Of a stretch of DNA of 32,000 bases, positions 1-10,119 are shown in pieces. The DNA comes from Promethearchaeum syntrophicum (GTDB taxonomy: Archaea; Asgardarchaeota; Lokiarchaeia; Sigyniarchaeales; Promethearchaeaceae), in the NCBI RefSeq assembly GCF_008000775.2, contig NZ_CP042905.2, positions 1,440,001 through 1,472,000 of the forward strand, in the 5' to 3' direction. Both the position numbers and the translations under genes were made by a program. The notes below the pieces were generated by a model. That model was not told the origin of the DNA, made no database searches, and was given only the letters and a program-made list of their open reading frames with translations. How positions within the stretch are numbered: the first letter of the stretch is position 1; each line of letters opens with the position of its first letter.

Positions 1-855
1 ATAGGATCGATATGATAAGATTTCATTTGATAATAATGCCAAAGCAGGATAATCATTTTGAAAATGCGTTGATAAATTAATGTTTAAACTCGAAGGATAA
101 TTTGGTTTTAAAACAATATTTTTGTGAATTTCTAAAATTTGACTTTCATAAAAAAACTTGAATTTCTCACCGATATCTTGAAAATAGTGACTTTGAATAT
201 TAAATAGATATTTTTCATTGGCTTTTAGATCTTTGATTTGTATGTCCGTTGGAGATGTTGAAAGAAATTTCTTAAATATTGTCCCATTATCTTCAAAATA
301 AATAGTTACATTAAATTGATCTACATGATCCACAAGAACTTCATTAAAAAGATTTATAATTATTTCACAATTATATGAAAGTTGTTTTTCTAAGAAGATA
401 TCAATAAATAACGATTCATTTGGATCCACGATATTAAATGTTTTATAATTATCTTGAAATCCTGGTTTACTTAAAGTAATGTTGTAAGTTCCACTATTTA
501 ATATTGTAAAATTGCCAAAACCATTCCCATCGGAATATTTAGAAGATACATTTTCATTTTCTGCATTAAAAATTTGAATTAAGACACCACCAAGATCAGT
601 TGATTCATTCAAATCTTTGATAAAAATGAATAAATTATCTCCCACATAAGAAATATTTGAAGGGAACTCAAAATTATCTGAAGATTTTGGTATTGTTCCA
701 TAGTTGTAATTATCATAATGACTATTTATATCACAACTATATTCATTCAAATTTCCATAATTTAAAGTATTAAGATTCTGAACAAGAATTAGTGTTGATG
801 ATACAAAAATTAGATAGAATATTAAAATATAATATGAATTTTGGTTATCTAACAT
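1..855 (-). CDS. Secreted or membrane-anchored protein with carboxypeptidase-regulatory-like (PEGA-type) beta-sandwich repeats; partial, C-terminus runs off the window start
   Basis: Not in the ORF track because it is open to the window edge. Manual minus-strand translation from ATG 855-853 gives MLDNQNSYYILIFYLIFVSSTLILVQNLN (hydrophobic signal/anchor). This is followed by ...VLIQIFNAENENVSSKYSDGNGFGNFTILNSGTYNITLSKPGFQDNYKTFNI, the typical G-x-Y-x-I-x-L-x-K-x-G-F pattern. I checked codon by codone down to nt 421 and found no stop; the rest reads open to nt 1. Confidence 0.6.
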   Translation of the reverse strand, partial: MLDNQNSYYILIFYLIFVSSTLILVQNLNTLNYGNLNEYSCDINSHYDNYNYGTIPKSSDNFEFPSNISYVGDNLFIFIKDLNESTDLGGVLIQIFNAENENVSSKYSDGNGFGNFTILNSGTYNITLSKPGFQDNYKTFNIVDPNESLFIDIFLEKQLSYNCEIIINLFNEVLVDHVDQFNVTIYFEDNGTIFKKFLSTSPTDIQIKDLKANEKYLFNIQSHYFQDIGEKFKFFYESQILEIHKNIVLKPNYPSSLNINLSTHFQNDYPALALLSNEILSYRSY

Positions 856-1110
856 CTCTGATAATTACTATTATATTTTTTTATTGAAAAATTTTTTTCA
901 AGGTAATGAAAATATGGTGTTAAAGAAAAATCTCTAAAATCGGGTATTACCAATAATTCCAATAAAAGCAATTTCAATAATCTGAAATTTCAAAATATTT
1001 TTTCATCCCTCGTTTTTATTACTTCAAAGGTGTCAGTTCTATTCAAAATTTGGTATTTTAAACAGGTTCCAGCAGTATCTCTTTTAAAATCCATGTTATT
1101 TCAAAAGTTT

Positions 1111-3192
1111 TTAATATTGTATCTCAAAAATAGATAAACTATAGTTTAAAGGATTAATCGTTTTAATATTAGAAACATAATAATCTTGAACATATTCATG
1201 ATAAATTTCGATGAAAGATGGGCTATCCTTAATTAATTCATACAAATCTTCATTAAAAACGGATTCAATTACCAAATATTTTACTGATTTTTCGGTAGTA
1301 TATATTTTTTCTGACAAAACCCTTCCATTCTGCCTCAAAACCTTTCTAGAGTAGTTAAGATAATCAATCAAATCATTTAGATAATTATCGAGATAATAAT
1401 ATCTATTAAGTAAAGTATTAAACAAATATTTCGATTCATTAAATCCTACAACATAGCGATCGTACAAAATTGATTGACTAAAGGCATTAAGGGAATTTGA
1501 AATTGGATGAGGAAGAATCAAAATCAAATCATCATGACCTGTGTTTTCTTTCATCCAAATATAAGATTCGATATGTTCATCTTTGACATAAGCATTGAAG
1601 AAAAAGAAAGAGTAATTTGAACTAATATGAACAAATGAATATAATATTATCTGTAATAGTATCGCTCCTTTAATATACTTCAAAATTGTAGTTTGTTTCT
1701 TGTTTTTAAATATTTTTTTTTTTAGAAATGAACTTATTTTTGGAATCCAATATTTCATTGACACTGGTGCAATTATTATTAAAGATACATCAAGAAATAT
1801 GAAATATCGATAAAATATGTATGGGAAAAAGCTGATCAAACTCCAATATGGCAATAACAAGCAAATTGCTAATAATAGAAGTGTGAAAATATAGGTAATT
1901 CCTAAAATATTTGTATTGACTGATAAATTTGTCCTTTTTTTATTTTTTCTATAGGGATATGTTATACCAAAGATAAAGATTAAAGGACCAGATAATTGAG
2001 AAAACCATAAATCTATTGATGGAATAAAATACCGGTAAAAAACTTTAGTTTCTGGAAACAAGCCAGCTAATCGATCAAATATAAAAATTAATAGGTTTCC
2101 AATAAAATCATGAAAAATTAAAGATGAAGCTAAAAAAATACAGAAAAGGAGAGAATAAAAAATTATCACAAATGTTTTTTTATTTATAGATACATTAAAT
2201 TTGCGTCGGAATAAATCTGGGAAATTAAAAATCCCTTTTTTAAAGATTGAGAAAAATTCCTTCATATCATAAAGAATAATGAGAAGAAAAATTAATAAGA
2301 AAGTAGTTCTATGAAACAGAAAGATTGCTAATACAAAAAATCGACCCATGTTTGAATAAGTTATTTTAGAACTAGAATAGAATTCAATAAGAACAAGTAG
2401 GACGAAAATTAAAGACAAAGATGAAGGTAAAGTAAAGCTTAACCATGTATTCAGGTAATATCCCGCTAAATAAATTCCAAATGTATATATTGGATTAACT
2501 TTCAATATTTTTACACAAATAGTATAAATTAGAATTAGAAAAATCGCAATTTGAATAATTGGAAATGTAATCGTTAGAATAAAATTATGAAAATAAAAAT
2601 TCTGAGGGGAAATAAGAAAAATAAAATTCCAAACGTAGATAATCAAATTAGAATTAACAATATCATCAATGTATGTTCCAAAATGGGCAAAGAGACTGAA
2701 ATCATAATTAAGAACATCCATACACCGATAGTAATAAACCCAAGTGTCATATTGAGGATATTTCAAATTTGAAATGAATAAAATAAGGCTAATCAATATA
2801 ATAATTATGCTTAAACAAATTGAAAGAAAGGAATTTGATTCAAAGGAGTAGTTTTTGAAATGGATGTATTTTCTATTAGAATTTTCTTCACTATCTTGGA
2901 TTTTTTGTGTAGTATGTCCTTTCTTTTTATTAATTAGAATTATCCAAATTAAAAAAAAATCAATGATAATAATTAAAATGGTTTGTAATAATAATGAGTT
3001 GATATGAAATATTTCGAGTAATAAAGTTATAAGAGAAATATAAAAAATACCTAAAGCAAAATAATATGGAATTAAAATAAATCTAAATTTTTTATTAGAA
3101 ATTGCATAATGTAAAAAAAAACCTGGCGATAAGCCAAAAATCATCCAAGGAATTGATAATAGAATTGTAATTGTCAGATTTATTTTTTCCAC
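1111..3192 (-). CDS. Large polytopic membrane protein (about 14+ hydrophobic segments plus a ~170-aa soluble C-terminal domain); candidate GT-C-type glycosyltransferase or glycan polymerase, family not recognised
   Basis: 693-aa ORF with repeated long I/L/F-rich segments and a hydrophilic tail (KDEHIESYIWMKENTGHDDLILILP...). Sits in a glycan-cluster context. No WWDYG motif was seen, so it is not called AglB. The track start is GTG at 3192; the alternative is ATG at 3144. Confidence 0.7.
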   Translation of the reverse strand: MEKINLTITILLSIPWMIFGLSPGFFLHYAISNKKFRFILIPYYFALGIFYISLITLLLEIFHINSLLLQTILIIIIDFFLIWIILINKKKGHTTQKIQDSEENSNRKYIHFKNYSFESNSFLSICLSIIIILISLILFISNLKYPQYDTWVYYYRCMDVLNYDFSLFAHFGTYIDDIVNSNLIIYVWNFIFLISPQNFYFHNFILTITFPIIQIAIFLILIYTICVKILKVNPIYTFGIYLAGYYLNTWLSFTLPSSLSLIFVLLVLIEFYSSSKITYSNMGRFFVLAIFLFHRTTFLLIFLLIILYDMKEFFSIFKKGIFNFPDLFRRKFNVSINKKTFVIIFYSLLFCIFLASSLIFHDFIGNLLIFIFDRLAGLFPETKVFYRYFIPSIDLWFSQLSGPLIFIFGITYPYRKNKKRTNLSVNTNILGITYIFTLLLLAICLLLPYWSLISFFPYIFYRYFIFLDVSLIIIAPVSMKYWIPKISSFLKKKIFKNKKQTTILKYIKGAILLQIILYSFVHISSNYSFFFFNAYVKDEHIESYIWMKENTGHDDLILILPHPISNSLNAFSQSILYDRYVVGFNESKYLFNTLLNRYYYLDNYLNDLIDYLNYSRKVLRQNGRVLSEKIYTTEKSVKYLVIESVFNEDLYELIKDSPSFIEIYHEYVQDYYVSNIKTINPLNYSLSIFEIQY

Positions 3193-3821
3193 CCACCTTT
3201 TTTACTTGAACACCCATTAATTGCCTTTTTATGATAATTTATCCAATTATTCGAAATATGGATTATTGCTTGTAAATCTTGCTTTATAAACCAATCTTTC
3301 AATTCTTTTATCATAATTGAATAAGGTTTATATGAAAGCTAAATTCACTTCGAGTGTTTACACACTCTTATTTTGTTTATTTTCATTCTCTTCAAGTATT
3401 TCATTTAGGTTTTAGAAGAATATTAATTAATAAATAGTAAATCATCATATTTTAATTCATAATCATTGAGAAAAAAAAAAAAAATTAAAAGTTAAATAAT
3501 TCATGTAAAGATGGATTATTCATGTCCTTCGAAGAGATATTTGAATTTTAAAAATATTATCCTCCGTTAATTGATGGACCGTCTCATTTTATTCTTGGTT
3601 CTAATTCTGGATCATAGTAATTAGTAACTTTTTATTAAACTTCTGTAAAATCAGATAATACTGTAAATTCATAATTAAAACCCCTGTTGGAATTAATAAT
3701 ACTTAAAAAAATGAAAATCAAGGCTCTACGTTTAAAAATAGTATTTTTCAACCCTTGAAATTGCATATTTTTACCTCAAATCTTAGTAAATAAATAATTT
3801 ACATTCTTTTATCTATTAAAT

Positions 3822-4784
3822 TCATGTATTTGAGTAAAATTTTTTTCGATAGAAATCAAGATATTCCTTAAATCCCCTAAATACATCATAATCTGCCTCG
3901 AATCCTAAAATATCTTTTGCTAAAGTAATATCTCCATAACTATGGAGTATATCTCCTGCTCTAATAGGATCGTATTCGATTTCTATTCCCTCTTTTTGAG
4001 AATATTCTATCATAAATTTAATAATTTCTATTATTGAAATTGGTTTTCCAGTTCCAACATTAATTATTTTTCCAGCAGATTCTTTCGATTCTGCAGCTAG
4101 TAAATTAATTTTAATTATATCTTTAATATAAGTAAAATCACGAGTTTGATTCCCATCACCAAAAATGGTAATATTTTTTCTATTAAAAATATTAGCAATA
4201 AAAATTGCAATTGCACCACTATAAGGTGATCCTTGTTGACGAGGGCCATAAACATTAAAATATCGTAAAGATGTTGTGTTAAGATTGTAAGCTTGGTTGT
4301 ATGAAACCATATATGCTTCAGCAGCTTGTTTTGTAACTGCATAAGGGGATATTGGATTTAAACGCATTTTTTCTTGTTTAGGTAATGTAGGGTCATCACC
4401 ATAAACAGCCGCACTAGATGCAAATACAATTTTTTCCACATCATTAATTCGTGCAGCATTCAAAATATTTAGAGTTCCTGTTATATTTACATCATTACAT
4501 AATTGAGGCATTAAAATAGATTTGGGAACGCTTATAAACGCCGCTTCATGAAAAACTATGTCAATATCTTTCATTAAATGCAAAAGTCTGTCATAATCGC
4601 GCACATCTCCTTGATGAAATATAAATTTCTTATTTTGCTGGGCTGATTCGAGATTTTCCATTCGACCGTTCCATAAATTATCAAATCCGGTAACTTCTGC
4701 CCCTTGATAGAGTAAGGCATCTGTTAAATTACTCCCAATGAACCCGGCAGCTCCAGTTACTAAAATGCGTTTTCCTTCAAGCAT
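3822..4784 (-). CDS. NAD-dependent nucleotide-sugar epimerase/dehydratase (extended SDR; WbpP/GalE-like 4-epimerase type)
   Basis: N-terminal Rossmann motif VTGAAGFIGSNL. Catalytic YxxxK in SPYAVTKQAAE. ASSAAVYGDDPTLPKQE is typical of UDP-sugar 4-epimerases. 320 aa, ends in TGA. Confidence 0.9.
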   Translation of the reverse strand: MLEGKRILVTGAAGFIGSNLTDALLYQGAEVTGFDNLWNGRMENLESAQQNKKFIFHQGDVRDYDRLLHLMKDIDIVFHEAAFISVPKSILMPQLCNDVNITGTLNILNAARINDVEKIVFASSAAVYGDDPTLPKQEKMRLNPISPYAVTKQAAEAYMVSYNQAYNLNTTSLRYFNVYGPRQQGSPYSGAIAIFIANIFNRKNITIFGDGNQTRDFTYIKDIIKINLLAAESKESAGKIINVGTGKPISIIEIIKFMIEYSQKEGIEIEYDPIRAGDILHSYGDITLAKDILGFEADYDVFRGFKEYLDFYRKKFYSNT

Positions 4785-4856
4785 ATGCTTAGAAATTTCT
4801 GATTAAAAATTAATTTTTCTTAATTTGATAATTTTTAAATATATAATAAATTGAAT

Positions 4857-5324
4857 TCAAATCATTTTTTTTAAGTGGATGTTTCCATCAAAATGGGCAA
4901 ATTCTTGATATCTGCAGTATTCATATAACTTAATGGCACTAATCCAATCATCATTAGTTTCCAAAACGATTGTAGTAAAATTTTTTTGTTTTCCATAGAT
5001 TTCCAGGATTTTTGCAACTTGTTGTGCAATTCCCATTCTTCTGTATTACTTTTTAACATACATTCGGACTATTCTTCCTGTGTGATCATTTTCCTTTATT
5101 ATTGCGCCTGTACAAATTATTTTTTCATTATATCTTCCAACAATGAAAATATCTCCTTTCTCGATATAAAATTCTACAATATTATTTAGATCAGGATTTA
5201 AGGAATCATCTATAAAACCAAATCGCTCAGAAAGTCCTTCAAATATTAACTTTCTGACTTCATTTTCATGATTCTTCTTAATTTGAAGAATTTGAAGGTT
5301 ATTGAGAATATTTACATTATCCAT
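4857..5324 (-). pseudogene. GNAT-family N-acetyltransferase interrupted by one in-frame TAA (codon 93 of 155)
   Basis: The track ORF 5046..5324 ends ...GRIVRMYVKK then TAA at 5048-5046. The same frame continues YRRMGIAQQVAKILEIYGKQKNFTTIVLETNDDWISAIKLYEYCRYQEFAHFDGNIHLKKMI to TGA at 4859-4857. The acetyl-CoA motif (R-x-x-G-x-A: YRRMGIAQ) lies just after the stop, so the two halves form one normal-length GNAT. Confidence 0.75.
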
Positions 5325-5378
5325 CTTGATATTTGTAAAGTATTATTAACTTAAAATTCTCACATCGGGAAAAATATT

Positions 5379-5385
5379 AAAAAAA
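5379..5385 (-). terminator. Oligo-T tract (T7 on the minus strand) downstream of leuS
   Basis: A7 on the plus strand at 5379-5385, about 70 nt beyond the leuS stop. It is preceded by a 6-bp-stem hairpin, tccaga(n9)tctgga, at 5421-5441. Archaeal termination typically uses oligo-T. Confidence 0.35.
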
Positions 5386-5454
5386 GAAATAAAAATTTCC
5401 TTAATTATGAATCATTAGTCTCCAGAATATTCACATCTGGATTTAATCGTTTTG

Positions 5455-8424
5455 TTATTCAATATATATTGCTGGTTTCATAGGTCGGGCATTAAATCTT
5501 TTATTTTTTGGATCGTAAATGCCAATTTCGTCCGAATAATGAATTACAATCTCAATATCCCCATATTTCATCTCTAAGTATTTTTTATAGCTCACAATTG
5601 AAGATTTCTGTTCCTTTGGTTTTAGAATTGAAATTTTAAAAACTGAAGGATTTTTTATAATGAATTGGGCTTCTTTAGCTATTTCCTTCATAAATTTTTG
5701 CAATTTGGGATTTTTTTTAGCAAGAATCATTATTTCTTTTAATGATGGGGCTGAATTTTTAAATCTCTGAGCGGTTTCTTCATATAGAACATGTTTCCAT
5801 TGAGGATTGATATAGCAAAATATCTTTTTTGGCTTTTTTTCTACAACATGTAATATTTGTTCGATGTCATCGATTAAATCCTTTACAAAATTGGATTCTA
5901 ATGCTAATTGGTTATCCTCTTCCGATAACGATGGAACAGTAATTAAATTTTGAGAAATAAAACCTATATTTTTATTTTCTCGATGGAACATCTCATAAAT
6001 TTCTTCACAAATATGCGGAATAACCGGGGCAATTAAATTGGTCACATCCTCAATTGCGGTTCTGATAACGAATTTTCCTTCAGAAAGATCTAATTGATCA
6101 ACTAGTTTGCCAAATTTCTCAATTTCACGTAAATTTTCAAAGAAACCAAATTGAATATATTCTCTAATGCTATCATTTTCAATCGCAGTAATCGCACGAT
6201 AGATATTCGTGTTTATAGTTGAGCGAAAAACTTTAGAATTAAAGCTAATATTGATATTTTTCTTCTCAAAAGGTTCCTTTTCCTCGATTTTATCAACATC
6301 TTTAACACTAAATGCAAAATCCCAAAATTTCTTCAATTTCTTCAAAGAATACGCAACTTCTTTATCTCTCCAATCAATAATTGAATCAACAGTAACCACA
6401 GAAGCTAAATGTAAGCGTGTTAAATCTGCGGAATATTTAACAGGAATATTTGCAATAGGAATAACATTTCCTTTACTCTTTCCCATTTTTTGACCTTCCA
6501 TGATTAGCATATCATTTAAGGAAATTTTTTTTAACCAATATTTCTCGGGAAAGATTGCTACATGATGAAAAATTGCAAAAGACAGATGATTGGAAATATG
6601 GTTGATAGCAGTATGCCTGAAATCATTTGGATACCAATATTCAAACTCATTTTTAAACATAGTAATTAGTTCAATAGAAATATTAGATTTTACTGAAATC
6701 TGTTCAATATTTCCTTTATTTAAAAAGATATAATCAAATAGTTCAGGAATTAGCTGTTGGGCTTGTATTTTTTGTTTCCGAATGATTTTAATTATTGTAT
6801 AAAAAGCCATATAAATAACCGAATCGCTTAAAGATTCAATAATCCAGCCTTTTCCTTTTGTCATCGGAAATTCTGTCCCCAAACCACGTTTACGTACGCA
6901 TGGTCTTTTTTGTAACCAGTCAAAAGATTTTTCAAAAGTTATACGATATTTTTTAGGAACTATACTCATTTCTTTTAAAGCCGAGAAAGCTTTGGTTTTC
7001 CATTTCTCATTTCCGTAATTTAGAAAATATTGATCTGGTAAAACCGCAACAATGATTTTGCTACCACATCTGCAGGTTGCTTTTTTTGAAACTTCATAAA
7101 CAGTTTGAGCTAAATTTTTTTCTTTTAAAATCTGTTCCATTGCAATTTTCGCATTTTCCACAGACATTCCTGCAATTTCATTGGTGATTTCTTTCAATTT
7201 TCCGGAGTAGAATTCCGCTTTATAGATAGTTTGTGTGGCTTTTTCCAACAATTCGTCATTATTTTGTGTTTTTATTCCCAAATTTTTACAAATTTCAACA
7301 GCAGGGAATTCTCCATATCCTTTTACTTCAATTAACGAAATTGGAACTATTCTACTCAAAATTTGTATGTCTAAATGATATTTCTTAATTGTTTCGGAAT
7401 CTTCTTGTAAATCTTTTAGTGCAATATAATCATAAGGTGCGTGAGCAGGAACGCTGTAAACTACTCCGGTGGCATGATCAGGATCAACAAAATCTGCTGG
7501 ATATATTGGTATTGCCCTTCCTAACATTGGGATTTCAACAGTCTGCCCTATTAATTCGAATCCCTTCAATTTCTTAATCATTTTTACCTGATAGTTTTGT
7601 TCCTTAATTTTTGTATAGGCATTCTCAGAAATGATCCATTTTTCATTATTAAAATCAATTTTATAATAAATTGCATTAGGGTTTATCCAAATATTTGTTA
7701 CCCCGTAAACAGTTTCGGGACGTAAAGTAGCAGCAACTAAATAGGCATCTTTACTGATTTTAAATTTGACGCCTATTAATTCATTTACTTCAATTTTTGA
7801 TTCATCACCACCTTGGATGTCATCTTCACCCACTGCATTTTTGCAATGTGGACACCATAGTATTGGGTAATTTCCTTTGGTGATATAGCCCTTTTCATTT
7901 AAAATGCCATATTGCCATTCTATAAATTTATTATACTCCTTATCTCCGGTTGTGAATTGCCGTGTAGTATCTATAGAAAAACCCATCCTTAAAAAATCGT
8001 GAATCAACTTTCCTGCAAAGTACATTGCTACATTATGAGGGTCTTCAAAAGATTTAAGGATTTTTTTCTTCTCTATTGGATCTTTTTCATATATTCCAAT
8101 ATAATCTTCATACATGGCTCTTATCTTTGAATCTCCTTTTTTAATTCGTGTGGAAATTGATAAAACTGGCGTTCCTGTAATATGAAACGCCATAGGCCAT
8201 AAGACATTATAACCTCTTTGCCTTTTATACCGGGCATAAATATCTCCAATATTGTAGGTTCTACAATGCCCAATATGTAATGGACCTGAAGCGTAGGGGT
8301 AGGGCAATGTTACAAACCATTTTGGTTTTTCATCTGTTATCTTTGGTTCAAAGATTTTTGCATCTTGCCAGCGTTTTTGCCATTTAATCTCAATGGTTCT
8401 TAATTGTTCTAAGAAATCTTTCAT
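5455..8424 (-). CDS. leuS: Leucyl-tRNA synthetase, archaeal/eukaryal-cytosolic type
   Basis: 989 aa. Class I HIGH motif in PLHIGHCRTY and KMSKS variant KMGKSKGNV. A large CP1 editing insertion and long C-terminal domain, with a length typical of archaeal LeuRS. GGTGA Shine-Dalgarno-like sequence 8 nt upstream of the ATG. Confidence 0.97.
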   Translation of the reverse strand: MKDFLEQLRTIEIKWQKRWQDAKIFEPKITDEKPKWFVTLPYPYASGPLHIGHCRTYNIGDIYARYKRQRGYNVLWPMAFHITGTPVLSISTRIKKGDSKIRAMYEDYIGIYEKDPIEKKKILKSFEDPHNVAMYFAGKLIHDFLRMGFSIDTTRQFTTGDKEYNKFIEWQYGILNEKGYITKGNYPILWCPHCKNAVGEDDIQGGDESKIEVNELIGVKFKISKDAYLVAATLRPETVYGVTNIWINPNAIYYKIDFNNEKWIISENAYTKIKEQNYQVKMIKKLKGFELIGQTVEIPMLGRAIPIYPADFVDPDHATGVVYSVPAHAPYDYIALKDLQEDSETIKKYHLDIQILSRIVPISLIEVKGYGEFPAVEICKNLGIKTQNNDELLEKATQTIYKAEFYSGKLKEITNEIAGMSVENAKIAMEQILKEKNLAQTVYEVSKKATCRCGSKIIVAVLPDQYFLNYGNEKWKTKAFSALKEMSIVPKKYRITFEKSFDWLQKRPCVRKRGLGTEFPMTKGKGWIIESLSDSVIYMAFYTIIKIIRKQKIQAQQLIPELFDYIFLNKGNIEQISVKSNISIELITMFKNEFEYWYPNDFRHTAINHISNHLSFAIFHHVAIFPEKYWLKKISLNDMLIMEGQKMGKSKGNVIPIANIPVKYSADLTRLHLASVVTVDSIIDWRDKEVAYSLKKLKKFWDFAFSVKDVDKIEEKEPFEKKNINISFNSKVFRSTINTNIYRAITAIENDSIREYIQFGFFENLREIEKFGKLVDQLDLSEGKFVIRTAIEDVTNLIAPVIPHICEEIYEMFHRENKNIGFISQNLITVPSLSEEDNQLALESNFVKDLIDDIEQILHVVEKKPKKIFCYINPQWKHVLYEETAQRFKNSAPSLKEIMILAKKNPKLQKFMKEIAKEAQFIIKNPSVFKISILKPKEQKSSIVSYKKYLEMKYGDIEIVIHYSDEIGIYDPKNKRFNARPMKPAIYIE

Positions 8425-8769
8425 AGAATCTCACCTAAAATTATCTTTTGGTTTTTTAATCTTGATAAATATGATTTGGGTTTAAAAAATAGTTTAAAAA
8501 TTAAAACAGAATAAAATATACTATTCCAAATTCTTTCTAAATGTAATTTGGAAATCAAGATGTTGGAAAAATAGGATAATTTTGGCGTTTCTAAATGGAT
8601 TTCTTCGATTCGTATATCAAATCTTAACGAGAAAATATTCACCCATTATAGTTTTCACCAAGATTTCAGAATTTTCAATCCTTTTTAATTTTATTCAGTT
8701 TTAGAAAACCATAGAAAAAGAAAGGGAAAAAAATTGAGTTTTTTCAACACACAATTGATTTTTTAAATT

Positions 8770-9813
8770 TTAGTTTATAATCTCTGCAATATTAACAGTT
8801 CTTTGCAATTCAAATGATTTGATTGCTGCCAATAATATACTTATTGTCCAGAAGTTGTCTCCCATTGATGTAGGATGTTCTTCACCAGTTCGAATAGAAT
8901 GAATAAATTTTTCTATTGTATCCTTCCATCCAGGAGGATAGGTAGATGCGTTGTCTATATCTGCGATATTCTCCCCTAATTCCGATTTTTTCCCATCAGA
9001 AGTATAAAGATAGGGAGCTTCATTTTTTGTATTTACTAAAGTTCCTTTTGAACCATACATTGTAAATCGGGTATGACCTGAAGTAGTTGGTCCAGCAACT
9101 GATTCTTGGTTGGCAGTTAAATGCCATATAATTCCTTTTTCAAAAGTAACATCTAATAAAAGGGAAGAATAACCTAAAATCTTTGAATGAGGTGGGTGAA
9201 TAAACTTGGCATGTACTTTTATGGGATTTAGGTTCAAATAATATCTCATGCTATCAATCATATGCACATACCAGTTGAAAATGCTGATATATTCTTCTTG
9301 TTGTCGCCACCATTTTTTGAAATGATAATTATTTTGACTGAAAGTTGAATTAACCAGAAAAATATCTCCCAAAAGATTTTTTTGAACTGCTTCACGAATG
9401 GCTTGTATTCGCGGGTTCCAGCGATATTGTTGGTTTACTGCAGTTATTACTTTATTTTCTTTTGCTATTATATACGCTGCTCTTAAATGTTTAAATTGCC
9501 CTAAATTAGTGCAAAGAGGTTTTTCAGTGATAACATGGATTCCACGGTTAATGGCATCAATAATATATCGAGAATGATATTGAGGCGGTGTTGATATAAT
9601 AACTGCATCTGGTTTTGATTCTTCATATGCTTGCTCAATAGTACTAAATGTTTTTAAATCTGGAAAATTGTATTTTTTAAGTTTACCAAAAGCATTTGGG
9701 TCGGGATCTGCAATAGCAACTAATTTTATTTCATTGTTTGTTTTAAAAACATCAAACCATCGAGGTGCGATATGCCCACAACCACACATAGCAAATTTGA
9801 CTTTATTCACCAT
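8770..9813 (-). CDS. Gfo/Idh/MocA-family NAD(P)-dependent oxidoreductase (WbpB-like sugar 3-dehydrogenase candidate)
   Basis: N-terminal Rossmann KFAMCGCGHIAPRW, ISTPPQYH, and the EKPL motif (VITEKPLC). 347 aa. Glycan-cluster context with DegT and GNAT genes nearby. Confidence 0.88.
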   Translation of the reverse strand: MVNKVKFAMCGCGHIAPRWFDVFKTNNEIKLVAIADPDPNAFGKLKKYNFPDLKTFSTIEQAYEESKPDAVIISTPPQYHSRYIIDAINRGIHVITEKPLCTNLGQFKHLRAAYIIAKENKVITAVNQQYRWNPRIQAIREAVQKNLLGDIFLVNSTFSQNNYHFKKWWRQQEEYISIFNWYVHMIDSMRYYLNLNPIKVHAKFIHPPHSKILGYSSLLLDVTFEKGIIWHLTANQESVAGPTTSGHTRFTMYGSKGTLVNTKNEAPYLYTSDGKKSELGENIADIDNASTYPPGWKDTIEKFIHSIRTGEEHPTSMGDNFWTISILLAAIKSFELQRTVNIAEIIN

Positions 9814-10119
9814 TATTTTAATTCAGTTTGTTAAAATTCTTTATTTAAAAAAAGTGTTTTCTATAGTTCTTCACTGTTTTACTTGTTCATCAAAATTGAT
9901 ATAATCTAAATATATGGGAATCAATTCTCTATTTTTTTTGATTAATTTCAATAATCAAACTACTTCTAAATAATAAAATATTTATAAATATTCAAATTTC
10001 CATTCGCTTGGTAAAAGAGAAATTTTATTAATTTAATTTCTTTATCTGAAATTATTTGGATACATTAATTTGAACACCTTGAATTGAAAGGTTTAAAAAA
10101 AATGCCCTAATTAAATGCA

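Noticed and set aside
3193-3821. 629-bp gap between the epimerase and the membrane-protein gene, including an A14 tract (3471-3484), a 44-codon minus-strand ORF (about 3180-3313), and a possible fragment reading NYYDPELEPRIK
   Set aside because: I found no recognisable motif, RNA-like GC-rich structure or repeat. The A14 tract (T14 on the minus strand) could be a terminator, but it lies 340 nt from the epimerase stop. The evidence is too weak to call a feature.
4871-5189. Track ORFs 4871..5059 (-) and 4986..5189 (+) in the GNAT region
   Set aside because: Both are out of frame or antisense relative to the GNAT reading frame. That frame gives a textbook acetyl-CoA motif once the single TAA is read through. 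Their sequences are low-complexity with no recognisable motif.
8421-8642. 73-aa ORF upstream of leuS
   Set aside because: It lies in the leuS promoter/leader region and overlaps the leuS start. It has no motif and no plausible ribosome-binding context. It is probably a chance ORF in AT-rich sequence.
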